From Lama glama (taxonomy: Eukaryota): a stretch of DNA of 64,000 bases. This document shows positions 51,431 through 64,000 of this stretch, one piece after another. A model generated the notes under the pieces. That model was not told where the DNA came from and did not search any database. It saw only the letters and a program-made list of their open reading frames with translations. Each line of letters starts with the position of its first letter. The stretch's first letter is position 1. The position numbers and the translations under genes were made by a program. The stretch spans positions 20,586,001 through 20,650,000 of the forward strand of contig CM052832.1 of NCBI GenBank assembly GCA_028534125.1, written 5' to 3'.

Positions 51431-51799
51431 TGTACTCACCTTAGTTACATTCAGAAATTTTATACATAAAAATATTGATATCTGCTGGCAAAGAGAATTC
51501 ATTATTTTAATCACAATAAATAATATGTGTGAAGTTCATTCCTATCAAAGGTGTGGTTTTTTTGGGGTGGTCTGGTTTTTTGGGGTGGGGTGGTTAGGGG
51601 GGAGTGAGGGAATAGGAATTACGTGAGAATTCTGCTGTAACATTGGAAACCATCAGATGATTTTCTGAAATTTTGTTTCTCTGCTTTCTGATAAACCAGA
51701 TTCACAAACAAGCTTTCCTTGCTTAAGGCAACGGATTCAAGGAATGAAAATAAAACATGAGTAAGGCACTTTTCCTGAAGCATCTAGAGCAATGAGTTA

Positions 51800-51895
51800 A
51801 CCTTCTTCTACTGATAGGAAAACTGGCCCAGAGACTTAAAAGACCTGTTAAAAGTCACACAGCCAATAAATTGTTGGAGTCAGGAATAATCCCAG
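51800..51895 (-). mobile_element. MIR fragment
   Basis: gataggaaaactggcccagagac...aaagtcacacagccaataa. Confidence 0.6.
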
Positions 51896-54800
51896 CCATT
51901 AATTTTTATCTAAGGGTTTAAAATGCTCACTAGCTTTAATCAACAAGTGAAAAGTTTCTCAGAATGTGTTATTTTGCTGGAAGGATTCTTCCTTAAAAAA
52001 AAAAATCAGTATTTTTATATTTTCTTGATGCCGATGATTCTCTCTCTAAAATTCAGCCTTCAGGCTGTGATACTTACATAGAGTTTTGAATTACTAAAAT
52101 ACCCATTATCTTAATTGTTGAGATAAAAAAGATGTTACCCCAGTCTGTTCAGGTCTAAGAAGCCTGTAGGAAAATGAAATGTCGATCTTAATATCTGGAT
52201 TTCACAGGTTCACCTCCAAGACTGGACTCTTACAGGGTCCCAGACCACTACAGAGGCGTCTCAGGTATTCTTAGAGTCCCTACAGGCACGGCACATGGGC
52301 ATATCTGAGTCAGGACTGTCTCCACAGACAGGACAGGAAACAGACACCACCCTGTCCTCCAGTTTCCTGTCTTTCCTATCATTTGGAGTGGGATAATAGC
52401 ACCACCCTCTCTCTAAACTTCTTTCATGAATGCATGTGCACACACCCACACACACACTCCTCATTACATATCAACTCATGAAAAAAGCCCTTTTGGGAAA
52501 GAGACAACTTTGCATTCACTTAAACTGACTCCTCTGCTACAAACACTTTACATCAATGGCTGCAAGCCTATCATTTTCACCTCGTATAATCCCATTAGTG
52601 GTAGTTTTACTACGGAATCAATTCTCAAGTAGGCAAGCATATTTTTTGAAACCCAACACCCAATTCAAGCCTCCTTCCCAGAGATTCTGATTTCTTTCTT
52701 CTACTTCACTCTCCATCCCCACCATTAAGAATTGCTGCTCTGAATAAATGCCATGGCTAAGGACTAAACACAAAGTACTCTTCACTGCAGGGAAAAGCAA
52801 TTAAAAGTGTCCACTCATTCCCATATATTCTTGTATTACTGAAACTATAAATATAAAGTCTAAAGTGATTCCAGTACAGAGTCGAACTGAAAAAAAGAAT
52901 GGTTTAATTCAACCTTTAGTTTCACTGTTCAAATCAGGAACAGAATCCATGCTGTGACACACAGAAGTCTCTTGGTTTCAGGTGGATCAAGCTCAGGAGG
53001 GTAACACACTTGGATTTACAGAATAGACCCTTTGGTCTATTACTCAGCAAAATGCCAATAAGAGCCAGAATCCAGCATAAACTAAAAGATTCACGTTTAG
53101 CAAAATGTCACTCCTACATAGTCAGGTCTTAATGACTCTGGAGAGATTAGATTGAGTGAATAATTTTTTAAATAGTCAAATTATGGATTATTTTACAATG
53201 AAAGTAACAGATTGTATGACTTACTAAACGATTAAAAGAAGTTTGTTCGAAAACACACTAACTTTTTTCCTTGTGAGCAATGATTTGCCTAGAAATCTGA
53301 CTACTCATAATTATTAGTTAATATTTAAAAATTAGTAATACGTTTTAATCATTATAAGTTTTCTTAATATCCATCTGTGCTTATAAATATGTTTAAGTTT
53401 TCATTGTGTTTGGATTTCATACATCGATCACATATTTTAGGCAGATTCAATCAAGGTTTTCAAATGCTGATGCCTGTAATCAACTTTATCTTAGAAAAGC
53501 ACTTGACTATCCTGCAAAAAATAACAATATATTAATCGCTAATTCTCAAATCTGCAAATGGGTAGATACATTTTGTGAATTACTAGCATTCTGTCTTTAG
53601 CTGCAATATATGTTCATGATAAATACATAAAGGTGTTCTTAAATAAATGTCCTTTCTATCCAAATCTTTTAAATATAATTTTACTGGAATTCCAATAATA
53701 GATCAGATAATTCCTAGTGGCCCGTTAGGATATTTGATTCTACCATTTACATTATTTATGCAAAGAAAAGCAGTGCTTAGCAGGTGCCATGGTACTTCCG
53801 TTCAGTAAACCAGAAATGGACACATTCCATGTAAACTTTATTCCCATAAAAGAGCAATGCTTCCATATCTTATGCATAATAATCTTATTTAAAAGGAAAA
53901 CTACAGAACTTGTCACCACTAATTAAGGAAACTATCTTCTCCTAGGCTTCAAGTCTTTACAAAAACAAATCCGCCAGTTTTTTTTTAATTATTCAAATCC
54001 TAGAAATACTGAGTGTACCTCCACAGTGCCCAAAGGCTGCTGCTCCAAGCGAGACTTTACGGAAGAATGTGCAGCATGTCAAGTGATTCAGAGTGTAAAC
54101 AGACTTAGGAAGAGCAAATACACAGAATCCAGAGGCAACACAATAGACTGACCTCCTCATCAACCTCTCTCCCTCCCCTTCCCTGGGTTAAGGAACCACG
54201 TAAAGTCGAGAAAAGCAAAAGCCTCCGAAGAAATAATAAATGAAAAATGACCCTCAGCAATTGTGGTTTCTCAGTGCCTGATGACCCCTATCCCATCATC
54301 AGCATCAAAGACCAAAGAGGAAGGAGCACAGGGTAGAGGAGCAAAGAAGAAAGAGAGAGAGATTATTTACTGGCCGTCTGAGATCTGGTTACCAGCCTGA
54401 AAAACAAGAACAGATGTATTTGCATGATTATAAAATAAAATGCCTTTCAAATAACTTAATCTTCGGGAATATTATAGCCTATGCATTTGTTTTTAGTTCC
54501 CCAGGGATAGGCAACAGACTGTGGGATCCTCTTTGTCTACTCGTGGGTCTCAGGACGGGAGACCCTCACACACGTCTCTGAACGCATGCTAGTGAGGAAC
54601 ACGTGTGGGAGCCGAGGGGATTACAGAATTATCCTGCTGTTGTTTTCTGCCCTACATCCCCTTCAATCTTCAGGAAAATGAAAACAGAAATGGGCCCAGG
54701 AGATTATAAACAGGCTGCTGCCACTCAAGTCCACTCTTCTAATGTTGATGCAGCCCAGGATGCAGGTTTGATTCTTTAGGTTTTATCAAAACCCCTCTCT

Positions 54801-55424
54801 GAATGGGATCAAGAATGAGTGGAGGCGAAATCACCCAAAAGGCAATTACTGCCTTCTCTCCCAGAGGAGATTCCAGCCAAGCAGACATAAAAATATAAAG
54901 TTTCCGTCATAGCTGAAGAGTTCAAAGCCAAGAGGCAGAGCACGCGGGCCGTGGAAATGTTCGTGGTTAGTGGTTGGTAATCAAGAATATAAAGGCAGCA
55001 GCTCGGACTAAACGTGAGTTTGGGAGAAAGGGAAAACTGCTCCCCCTGCACGGTGCTTCCCAAGGACAAGCGAGCGCAGGCTTCTTTTTCCATTTGGCAC
55101 AAAAACAGTTGGACCTGCCCCAGCTGGATCACTCAGAGAGCCCTCAAAGTGTTGTGTCCACAGGGCCCACTTTTGCTCTGAACCCGATGACCCTGGGCCA
55201 GCTGTCAAAAGGCTGAGCCTCATCGGGTAGCACGAGGCCATCAGGGTCAGAGAGAAAAGAAAGCGGACAGGCTCAGAGCGCTCCAGTCACGTCAGGCAAG
55301 GTCGGCTCATTTTTTCCATTCTGAGCCCGAGGCTGGCCTGTAACCGTGATACTGCAATATGACTAACAACGGGGACAACCAACACCTTTCAGGGAATGGT
55401 TTCAACAGGCTTTCCAAGGAAAGG

Positions 55425-55550
55425 CCGGTTATTTATTCCCCAAATGACAGATAAGAAAACTCAAGCCGAAAGAAGGAACGTGATTCGACCCAGAGCACAC
55501 ATGTGAGTCGGGGCACAGCTGAAAGAACTGAGGCCCGGCCTTCTCAGATC
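55425..55550 (-). mobile_element. MIR fragment
   Basis: attccccaaatgacagataagaaaactcaagcc...gtgattcgacccagagcacaca. Confidence 0.6.
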
Positions 55551-56124
55551 ACGTTCCATCCTGCAGGATTATTTGACTCCATAGGGCCTGACTGTCCACG
55601 CAGACTGACTGCTTTGCTCCTGGGAGCTGCCCAGATGGGGCAAACTCTCTGCACTCGATGTATTGTTTTCAAGCCTTCCTATCCCATTAACTCACCTCCT
55701 GATTTAAACAGGTATAGAGGTTGTGTGTGTTTGTTTTTTTAAACATGCATTAGAAACTGGATGTCTATACAAAACAGGAACCAAAACTAAAGGCAGAATT
55801 AAGAAAATGGAAATGTGTACCTCTCCCAACAGCACAAGAAGGTGTTTTAATGTGTCCACATACAGACACTCATCCCAAAGGTACAACTGCTGGTGTTCCC
55901 TTGAGTAATTCAAAAACATAACTAAAATCTCACTTGCTTGGGACTTATTTCAAGTCAGATCAAGTTCCCAAACTTTTGTAATCACACTTGTCAGGTATGA
56001 TTACTCTTCTCCATTTTCAGTCTATGGTGGTTTTGGAATCATAAAAATATCTGGGACTTCCTTTTAAGCAATTGGCACACATTGACTAAGCACTTGCTAA
56101 TATCACTGAAGAGGCACTATATCC

Positions 56125-56340
56125 TTGTGATGGGGAACAGGAAAGTGTTATCAGAGCAGCAATACTCTGCTCTTTATGAGCTATGTAACCTAGGGCAAGG
56201 TCTTTAACTTCTCTACCCAGTTTTCTCATCTGTAAAATGGGATTAACAAGGGTCACCTTCTTCCCATGGCTATTGAGAGGATGAGCAAGCCAACATATGC
56301 AGAAGGCTTAGAAAAGTGTCCAACACACAGTTAGCAATCA
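56125..56340 (+). mobile_element. MIR
   Basis: gctatgtaacctagggcaagg...cagttttctcatctgtaaaatgggattaaca. Confidence 0.85.
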
Positions 56341-57044
56341 CATGCATGTTTGGCCATCACAGAGCTTTCCCTTTATAGTGCAAAAGAAAAATTCTATGCA
56401 ACGATTACTGTGGAGAACAGTACCAAAAGGAATAAGTAGAAAACCAAGTATGCATTTGGCATAGTATTTGTCTGTAAGAGAGTAGGCAATGAAGGTAGTT
56501 AAACAGAATAGTAGTTGCAGTAATCATGGACGATTTCCTGGAGGAAAGGAATGAAGTTTTCACCAAAATAGGAAAAACATGCTCCCTTTATTTTCTTTGT
56601 CATTCATAGTTTCTCTTATATCATATACCCATTAGAACAGTGTTACTCTAGGGAAAGACTTCCTTCAGAAATAATTATATTTGTATAACTATAGAAAAAA
56701 ACAAAACATAAAGCAATTAAGAAACAATCCAAAGGTTGTCAAGTGATGAAAAAATGGCTCCTAGATTTCAGGTAGCTCCTGGTATTCTAGGATAAGGATG
56801 GTAGTAACTATTAAGGAAACAGAATCTCTGCTTTAGTGTAACTGCATCTTGAAACAGCCTTGGCATTCTGGTTTATTAATTGAGTCCCTATTTAACCTAC
56901 TGAATCCTTGTCTGAGGTCTCCTTTGTATTCATCAAGTATGTTTTTCCCCCTACAACCTTCTAAGCATTAGGTGCCAGTTGTTCGAATTTGGAAAAAAGT
57001 AAGACACACTTGTCCTCAAAGTTCTCCTAAACCAGTATATTTTA

Positions 57045-57345
57045 ATTAATATGTTAATTTCTCTAATCATAAATTCTCATGAAATCATTTTTTAAAGTGG
57101 GAAAATCAAAAAGAGTGTGAAGGAGGTTATTAAAACCATCATAAATCCACCATGTACTGGTATACTTCCTTTGGATATGTTACAAGTAGATAAATGTGCA
57201 TGCATATAATTATGACTATTCCACATGTGCAGTTTTAAAACTGGCCTTTTGCTTCTTAATTATAAAACATTTTTCCAAACCATTAAAGTTTTCTTTAAAG
57301 GTATCATTTTTAATGTTGTATAATACTCCATTATATGGATAGTCT
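57045..57345 (-). mobile_element. Old L1ME-like 3' fragment
   Basis: catttttaatgttgtataatactccattatatggat. Confidence 0.5.
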
Positions 57346-58433
57346 ATGAAATAATCATTTCAACATCACCTAAAGATGAAAGTAAATCTCTGACTACTTG
57401 ATGACACTGTAAATAGCTGTATATCCATAAAGATGGTGTACTGGATAGGAGGAACTAATCTTCTTAAAAACGGGCTACCTTTATGTAGTCAATTGTCATG
57501 ATCTGCACAGTATGAGCTGTGTTCAAATAAAGCAGCCCTCAGAGGTGGCCAGGACCTCTCACATGCCCCACGACCTCCTTCCACTCTATTCCCATTCTGC
57601 AACCTTCCCCCCATGACTGATTAGGCAGTTTTCCCATCTTCTGGACTTTTGGCAAGGAGAAGGCAAGATACTTGTGAATAGCTGGGAAAAACAATCCAAA
57701 TTAAACCTAAAGTTCTCTTAATAACCTCACCGCTTCCTTTAATATAAACTAATCAAAAATATACATAACACGCACACAGTGTGTGACTCTGCTGCTTGGG
57801 CGCAACACCCTAACTTATATAACTCAAGGATTCCCATGTGTTTGCTCTTAGAGTCACTTCCTCTCACGGATGTGGAGTTAAGTGGTTATCCAGAATCAGC
57901 TGTCAAACTTGGCACTGCAGTCACATTTCCATGCCTAAGAAGGCAGGCACATTTCCAAAGAGTAGGGACAGGAGAAACTTTCTTTACAACTGGTAAAATT
58001 AACAGGAGTTTCTATACGATAAAACTTCAACCCAGCACGGCTTTGTGTACCTCTCATAATAAAGCAAATAGTCACGCTCTCTTCACAGGGCATTTTCATT
58101 TCTAGACCATAGTCATAGAGTGATCTGAATCTCTTCATAGATAAAACAAATTATATTGGGACAAAAATAAATTTTATTTTATTATATTTTATCTTTTTTA
58201 ATATTTATAGAAAATATTTTATTATATTGATAGGAAAAAGGGGGAAGTTGTTTTTCCCCCTTAAACTTCCAGTGTCTAACTACAGCTTCACAGAAGATAA
58301 AGTCTCCTGAAAGGTTACTCATAGCCAAATATCTATTTTGCAATTTTCTTACTGGCTTCCATTGGAAAATCAAATACAGATCACTGAAGAAAATCATGAA
58401 GAGATAATAAAGTTATAACTAAGAATTTCCTCT

Positions 58434-58922
58434 CGTATCAGTTTTCTACTGACACAATAGTGCTGCATAATAAACCACCCCAAGACGCAGCAGCTTAAAA
58501 CAACAGCATCTGTTTTGTTCCCTAAGTCTCCAGGTCAGTGACTCTGGCTGGCTCAGCCGGGCTTGGCTGAACAGTTCCAGCCCGGGTTCACCCAGCTGTT
58601 GCTGATGAAGACGGCAAGCCCTAGGACAACTGGAATGATCTGACTTTCCTCCACCTATCTTACCTTCCAAGAGGCTAGCCCAGGCACATTCTCATGGCAG
58701 AAGAGCAAAGGCAAGCAGAAACACACAAAGGCTTCCTCCAGCCTCAGCTGTCTTTGCTGACATCTCATTAGCCAAAGCCAAGTTTCAAGTTCAGCTCAGA
58801 TCCAAGAAACAGGGCAAGAGACTCTACCCGGTTAGTGAGGAAAGCTGCAAAGTCATGTGACCACAGGCATCATAACAGAGAAGGGAGGATTGGAATAATT
58901 AATACAACCAATCGGTCACTAC
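58434..58922 (-). mobile_element. MLT1H/G-like solo LTR
   Basis: gtatcagtt...gctgcataataaaccaccccaa...gcttaaaacaac...ggctagcccaggcacattctcatggcag...ctcattagccaaagc...gctgcaaagtca. Confidence 0.85.
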
Positions 58923-59399
58923 CTTGCATTTTTAAAGGACAACAATAACAATCAACAAGATAATTCACGTTTTTGAGCAGTAACTGGGTTTAACCCTCCT
59001 TAGTACTATAGAAAAGAAAAAGATGACCATAAATGAATAGAACAAAACGTATTGAGAAATCAAAAGGCTTGTGTTTAAAATCTTTCTTCAATACCCTATA
59101 GCAGAATGCACACTTCTTGATTTCTTAGCCCCCTCTTTCCCTAATGGCCAATGGTAGGGGCTTATCTTCAAAAAAGCTGGTCTGAACAAAGCAGGAAAGA
59201 AGACAAAGCAATAAAACAAAAATTTTAGTAATTAAGTAAATAATTTTTAATTTTTTAATTAGTAATTTTAGATTATAATCCTTAAAACAAGCCACAGAGG
59301 TACATTTTATCTTTGGCTGGAAAAAAAAAAGAAAAGAAAACTTTTCCAAGGCCACTCAGTCAGGTGGAATAGAAACTAAGATTTAACTGTAGGACTAAC

Positions 59400-59639
59400 T
59401 TCTTGGGGATATACTACACAGCATGGTGACTACAGTAATCAATACTGTATTGTATATTTGAGTGTCATTGAGAGAGTGGATCTTAAAAGTTCTCACTACA
59501 AGAAAAAAAACTGTAACTATGTGTGGTGATGGATAACTAAACATGCTGATCACTTTGCAATATATTATGTATATATCTCATCACATTGTACACCTAAAAC
59601 TAATACAATTTATGTCAATTATTTCTCAATTTAAAAAAA
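59400..59639 (+). mobile_element. L1MA9-like 3' end with perfect TSD
   Basis: cagcatggtgactacagt...gatcttaaaagttctcac...gtcaattatttctcaat plus A tail; TSD tgtaggactaac at 59388-59399 and 59640-59651. Confidence 0.92.
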
Positions 59640-59709
59640 TGTAGGACTAACAAACGCAGATGTTGCTTCCATGTTACACTAGAAACGAGCTTTTGAAATT
59701 GAACAAGTT

Positions 59710-60055
59710 CTGTTTCTTATGCCTAAAATTCTTGTCCCTCCCTGACCACCTAGTTAACTCTTCTCTTCCTTGACTCTCTTCAGCTCAAAATTCACTTCTT
59801 TGGAGACACCATCTTGATCTTCTTGACCAGGTGGAAACCCTTCTCATACACATCTCTTTGATCCAGGGATGCCTCCCAATAGAGATCATGGCTTTATATT
59901 TGTTTATGAAATATTTGATTGCATGTCTCTTTCACTAGACTGTCAGGTCCATGAGGGAAGATGCTTTTTCTGGTTTGGTTTGGTTCTACCTTTGGACCCA
60001 GCACAGTTGCTGCCATATAATAGCTATCAATATAAACAAGGAATAAAGGAGTAAG
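59710..60055 (+). mobile_element. L2 3' end
   Basis: cactagactgtcaggtccatgagggaag...cccagcacagttgctgccatataatag. Confidence 0.8.
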
Positions 60056-61259
60056 TAAAAAGCAATCAATAGGAGAGCATGTTTATTGGCTGATGAGTCC
60101 TAATAAGCTCTCCACAGTGAAGTTTTAGGTAAAACATTTCTAAATAAAGGAACTAAATCTAAAATACATGTTTTAATATTCCTACGTTGAGCATGCAATA
60201 CACGAATGTGTCAGCACTTAGGAACAACTGCATTTCATGTTTTACTAGTAAGAGCCAGAGAAAGTCAGTATCAGAGAGTCAACAAGCAAATGCAGTTCCT
60301 CCCATAGGATAAGCCTCTTTTTTTTAACCCCAGCATTTTCAATAGAAGAGGAAGATGAAAGGGAAAATGCATATTTCAGACAGGAGTCACAGTCGACGGA
60401 TGCAAAACTGAAGGCTTTCCTGAGATACTCTGCAAGTGTGTTACACTACCAGGAGACAATTGACAATCTGGTGCCTTCTTTCCTTACCACTTACTTGCTG
60501 GTGTTACATTACCTTTTGTATAGAACAGGACTCACCTATGGCCACCTGTCATAAGTATAATTTTTTCTGGTTGCAACCAAAAACATGAAGGGGCTTCTTT
60601 TCCCTATCCTGAAAAGATGCACCTAAGATTGGGATTTTCCAGAGATTCATAACAGAATTGGAAACTGCTTCAGGAAGGACACTTCAGTGCCTGCCTGTGA
60701 TGGCGACACATGGAATGATACATGTTCTATGGCATCAGAGACCCAGATGAAGACCTCACCTACAGGAACATGCACATCTTACACAAAGGCCAGTAGGGTG
60801 CTTCAGTCATCACTTCCTTTAGAATTCCCAGTATATCAGAATTTATGACACCAGATTAAATGCTACAATTCTCAAGACTAAACATGCAAATGGACAAAGA
60901 AAGGCATTTTCCTGGTAGACTGAGAAAATGCCAGGATAAAATTTGAAGACCAGGCTTCAGAAGTACAGTCAACACAGAAGCAGAAGGGGATTGAGGCATA
61001 AGGGGAGCTGTATTGTTTACCTCAATTCATCTTGGCTGCAACATTGCTGCCCTAAATAACTAACTTACTGAACCACTGCTTTCCTGTTAGGATACGTTCA
61101 CATATGTCTATCTGTAATTCAATAAGGAAAACAAAATGTCAGCATAAACTCTTTTTCTTTCACATGTACTTGGACTTATCCAATAACTGTGTAATTATGA
61201 CGAAGGCACAGTGTTTAGTATCTGGCAAATACTGAAGTAATAATTCAATGTGAGCTTAG

Positions 61260-61378
61260 AAAATGAGTGACAGAGAGAGAGAAAAAGGAAATGAGAGAAG
61301 CAAGGTAAGGAAGAAACACAGCAAAGAGGAAGGGAAGGAAGAAGAGAGGAGAAAGGAGGGAAGAAGAGAAAAAGAAAG
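61260..61378. repeat. GA-rich low-complexity tract
   Basis: Direct reading. Confidence 0.75.
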
Positions 61379-61619
61379 GTCTGTATATATGATGCCTGTC
61401 CATCTCCCACAGTGAACACTGCAACAAAATCTTACCGATACTACTTTCTATTGGCAAACTCCACTGGACTAGATCCCAAAATATCACATTTAACTTAAAA
61501 GTTTGATTAAAATGTTAGAACATTTTGATAAAATATTTCCTCTGCCCTCTCCTACTTTGATTCCTTCACCTACCCTGCATCACACAGACTTGCGATCAGT
61601 GCTGAAGTTAGAAATCACC

Positions 61620-62780
61620 GATATTTATTTTATTAGCTCAAGAAACAGATTAAAGAAGGTGCTCATGTAAACAGACAATTGTATTAACAGGCTGACATGG
61701 CGCAACAAATGAGATATTACAGCAGCACAACAGAAGAAATGCAGAGTGTGGAGAAAACAGAGTGAGTTCTTCACAGAACAGATCATGCTTGATACGGGTC
61801 CTAAAGGATCGGTAGAGACTCACCAGACAGATGGCAGAGGGGGCGGAAAGCCTTGGAGGCTGGGATAATAAATGCAAAAGCAGGACAACCTGAAGCAGCA
61901 AGGGGCGCCCAGGGATCTAAAATGGAAGCAGAGTTTGAACACAGAAGAAAACAGAAGATGAGTTGGGCGAGTAGACAAAGACCAAATCACAGAAGACCTT
62001 GGATGGCATACATAGATGATCCTGATTTATTCTATAGCCAGTAAATTTGAAGCTTGGAAGTAAAATAATATAATTTTCATTAAAAAAAAAAAACTCAACT
62101 ACCAACAATGTGGAAGATAGACTTGGAGAAACCACCGCAAGAAAGAACAGTGAGGAAATCCTCTAAATAGGCCACAAGAGAGATGATGAAGACCTAAACT
62201 AGGGCAGTCGGGCTGGGATCGGAGAACAGTTGACAGGGTGAGACATGTTAAGTAAAGAGAACCTGTAATATCCTGTAACCAAATGGATGTGAGAGATGAG
62301 GTATTGGCAGAAAGGGAGACGTTTGTAATTATGTCCAGATTTTTGGTATACACAGAATATAAGAGCAAGAGCCGGTCTAGGGAGAAATACCAGAATTTTG
62401 GTTTCGAATATGATGGATTTTCCTGTGGGATATCCTGTTGGTAATTAATAGTAGGCAGCCAAAAAAGAAAAAGAAAGAAGAGTAGAGAGTTAAAGAAAGA
62501 AGCCTGGAACACAGATACTGATTTGCAGTCGTCAGCACCCAGGTAGCACCTGGACGCAGTAAACAATGGAAAGGCTGCCACGGGAGTGCAAGGAATTGAA
62601 AAGACAGAGTTGCTAAGCGGAAACCCAAGGAGATACCAACATCTGATGGGTAAATAAAAGTGGAGCAGATTATGAAAGGGACAAACAGGGGAAACAGGAA
62701 AGAATGGTGTCAGACAAGGTAGTACAGGCAAGATTTTTATGCATAAGGCAGAAAAACTCACCAATGAGGCCACAGAATTT
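61620..62780 (-). mobile_element. L2 with RT C-terminal remnant
   Basis: ORF 62099-62773 contains YLGADDCKSVS (cf. YADD) and TKNLDIITNVSLS (cf. L2 KNLGVILDSSLS). Confidence 0.8.
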
Positions 62781-63126
62781 AGAAAATCAGCTGTATGGAG
62801 TGTAGATGCATGTTGTTTGTTTTGAGCTCTTAACTTACGAACTGAATTTAGAGACTGCCTTAGAACCTAAACGTTTGGCCATCATGTTAGCCATTCCCTT
62901 TTGGTTAAATTGAATTAAACACTCCAAGAACCAGGATAGTTTCTTATTGAAGTTTCTACACCTAGCAGCGCCTGCCACAGAGCATAACACACAGAAAATA
63001 ACCACATAATGCCTGCACATGAATCCTGCTAAAGAGAGGAATTAACAGATACTCAGGTCTAAGGGAACTTGCATCTTCGCTCTGACAGTGAATATGCTGT
63101 ATAAAATCTTAGTATGGAAATGACTG

Positions 63127-63183
63127 TGAGAGAGACAGAGACACAGAGACACGGAGGGAGGGAGAGGGAGAGAGAGAGGAGAC
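63127..63183. repeat. (GA)n/(GACA)n compound microsatellite
   Basis: Direct reading. Confidence 0.8.
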
Positions 63184-63709
63184 TTTCCAGGTCTGAAGGC
63201 ACTAACTCATCCATTCTGTGTGACTCACATCCTATCACATCTCGCAGGAAAAAGTACTTCTGACAGGTCTGGGCAAGTAGAATTTGCTTAGCTTCCTCTC
63301 TGCCAATAACTTGCTTCCGCTGAGCTATATTTTTGCCATTTCAAGTCTACCTCTATCTTTTATCAGTTTTAGCTGCATTTCCAGCCTCCAATTTGCTACT
63401 GTGGCAGAGTAAATGAGATTTTAAACTTGGCACTTACACATTTTTTAATTCACTCAAAGTAATTTTTTTATGGTAATTTCTCTTACCTTTTAGGTCATGT
63501 GTAAATAAAAAACCAATTGCATTGATCACTGATCGTGCTAAATAAGGATCAGCATTAGTAGATGGGGTCGAGATGTTGTCTATTCAAGTGTCTGTCCCTC
63601 AACCTGTGGCAAGACTTATGGATACCACGAAGGACTGGGGCCAGGTTACTATCACAGAAAAGTTAAACTACAGGGTTGCAAGTTCTAGGCCTCTCTGCTG
63701 CTCCAAAAA

Positions 63710-63850
63710 GAAACACAAGAACCCCTATAATGAAGGAAAAAATGAAAACAAATATATGCATCTATATGTATTACTGTAATATTATGCTGTACACCAAAAA
63801 TTGACACCCCATTGTAAACTGACTGTACTACAATAAATTAAAAAATAAAA
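63710..63850 (+). mobile_element. L1 3' end (camelid-like)
   Basis: ttatgctgtacaccaaaaattgacac...attgtaaactgactgtactacaataaa plus A tail. Confidence 0.85.
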
Positions 63851-64000
63851 TTGGAAGTGGTAAGGGATAAAAAGAGAGTTCAAGATTTACAGATACTAAC
63901 TAATATCTATAAAATAAACAAGTTCATACTGTATAGCACAGGGAACTATATTCAGTATCTGTAGTAACTTGTGGTGAAAAAAGATGAAAATTAATATATG
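63851..64000 (+). mobile_element. Second L1 3' UTR piece, runs off the window end
   Basis: gagttcaagatttacagatactaac...ctgtatagcacagggaactatattcagtatc. Confidence 0.85.

Noticed and set aside
1..64000. The supplied ORFs as protein-coding genes; any prokaryotic system (operon, CRISPR array, defence island)
   Set aside because: The ORFs are short, compositionally biased, often inside repeats and show no recognisable homology except L1/L2 remnants. I saw no regularly spaced repeat array, tRNA or rRNA, and the DNA is mammalian.

Overview
This is AT-rich, CpG-depleted placental-mammal genomic DNA, intronic or intergenic, and not prokaryotic. Much of it is recognisable decayed interspersed repeat: MIR, L2, old L1M, MLT1/LTR16-type solo LTRs, MER5 and MER94 hAT elements, plus several younger 5'-truncated L1 3' ends, three with target-site duplications. 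The young L1 3' UTRs resemble the cetartiodactyl type, most likely camelid, and I saw no Alu, B1/B2, Bov-A/tA, PRE1, CHR or SINEC. No intact protein-coding gene can be supported. The only ORFs with recognisable homology are fragments of L1 ORF1/ORF2 and of the L2 reverse transcriptase. Between the repeats lie repeat-free, motif-dense blocks that look like conserved enhancers. The best non-repeat candidate is a 111-nt, frame-symmetric, stop-free exon at 12531-12641 with strong splice signals, whose host gene I cannot identify. I found no convincing novel biological system. Repeat family names come from recalled consensus sequences, boundaries are approximate, and all need RepeatMasker/Dfam confirmation.
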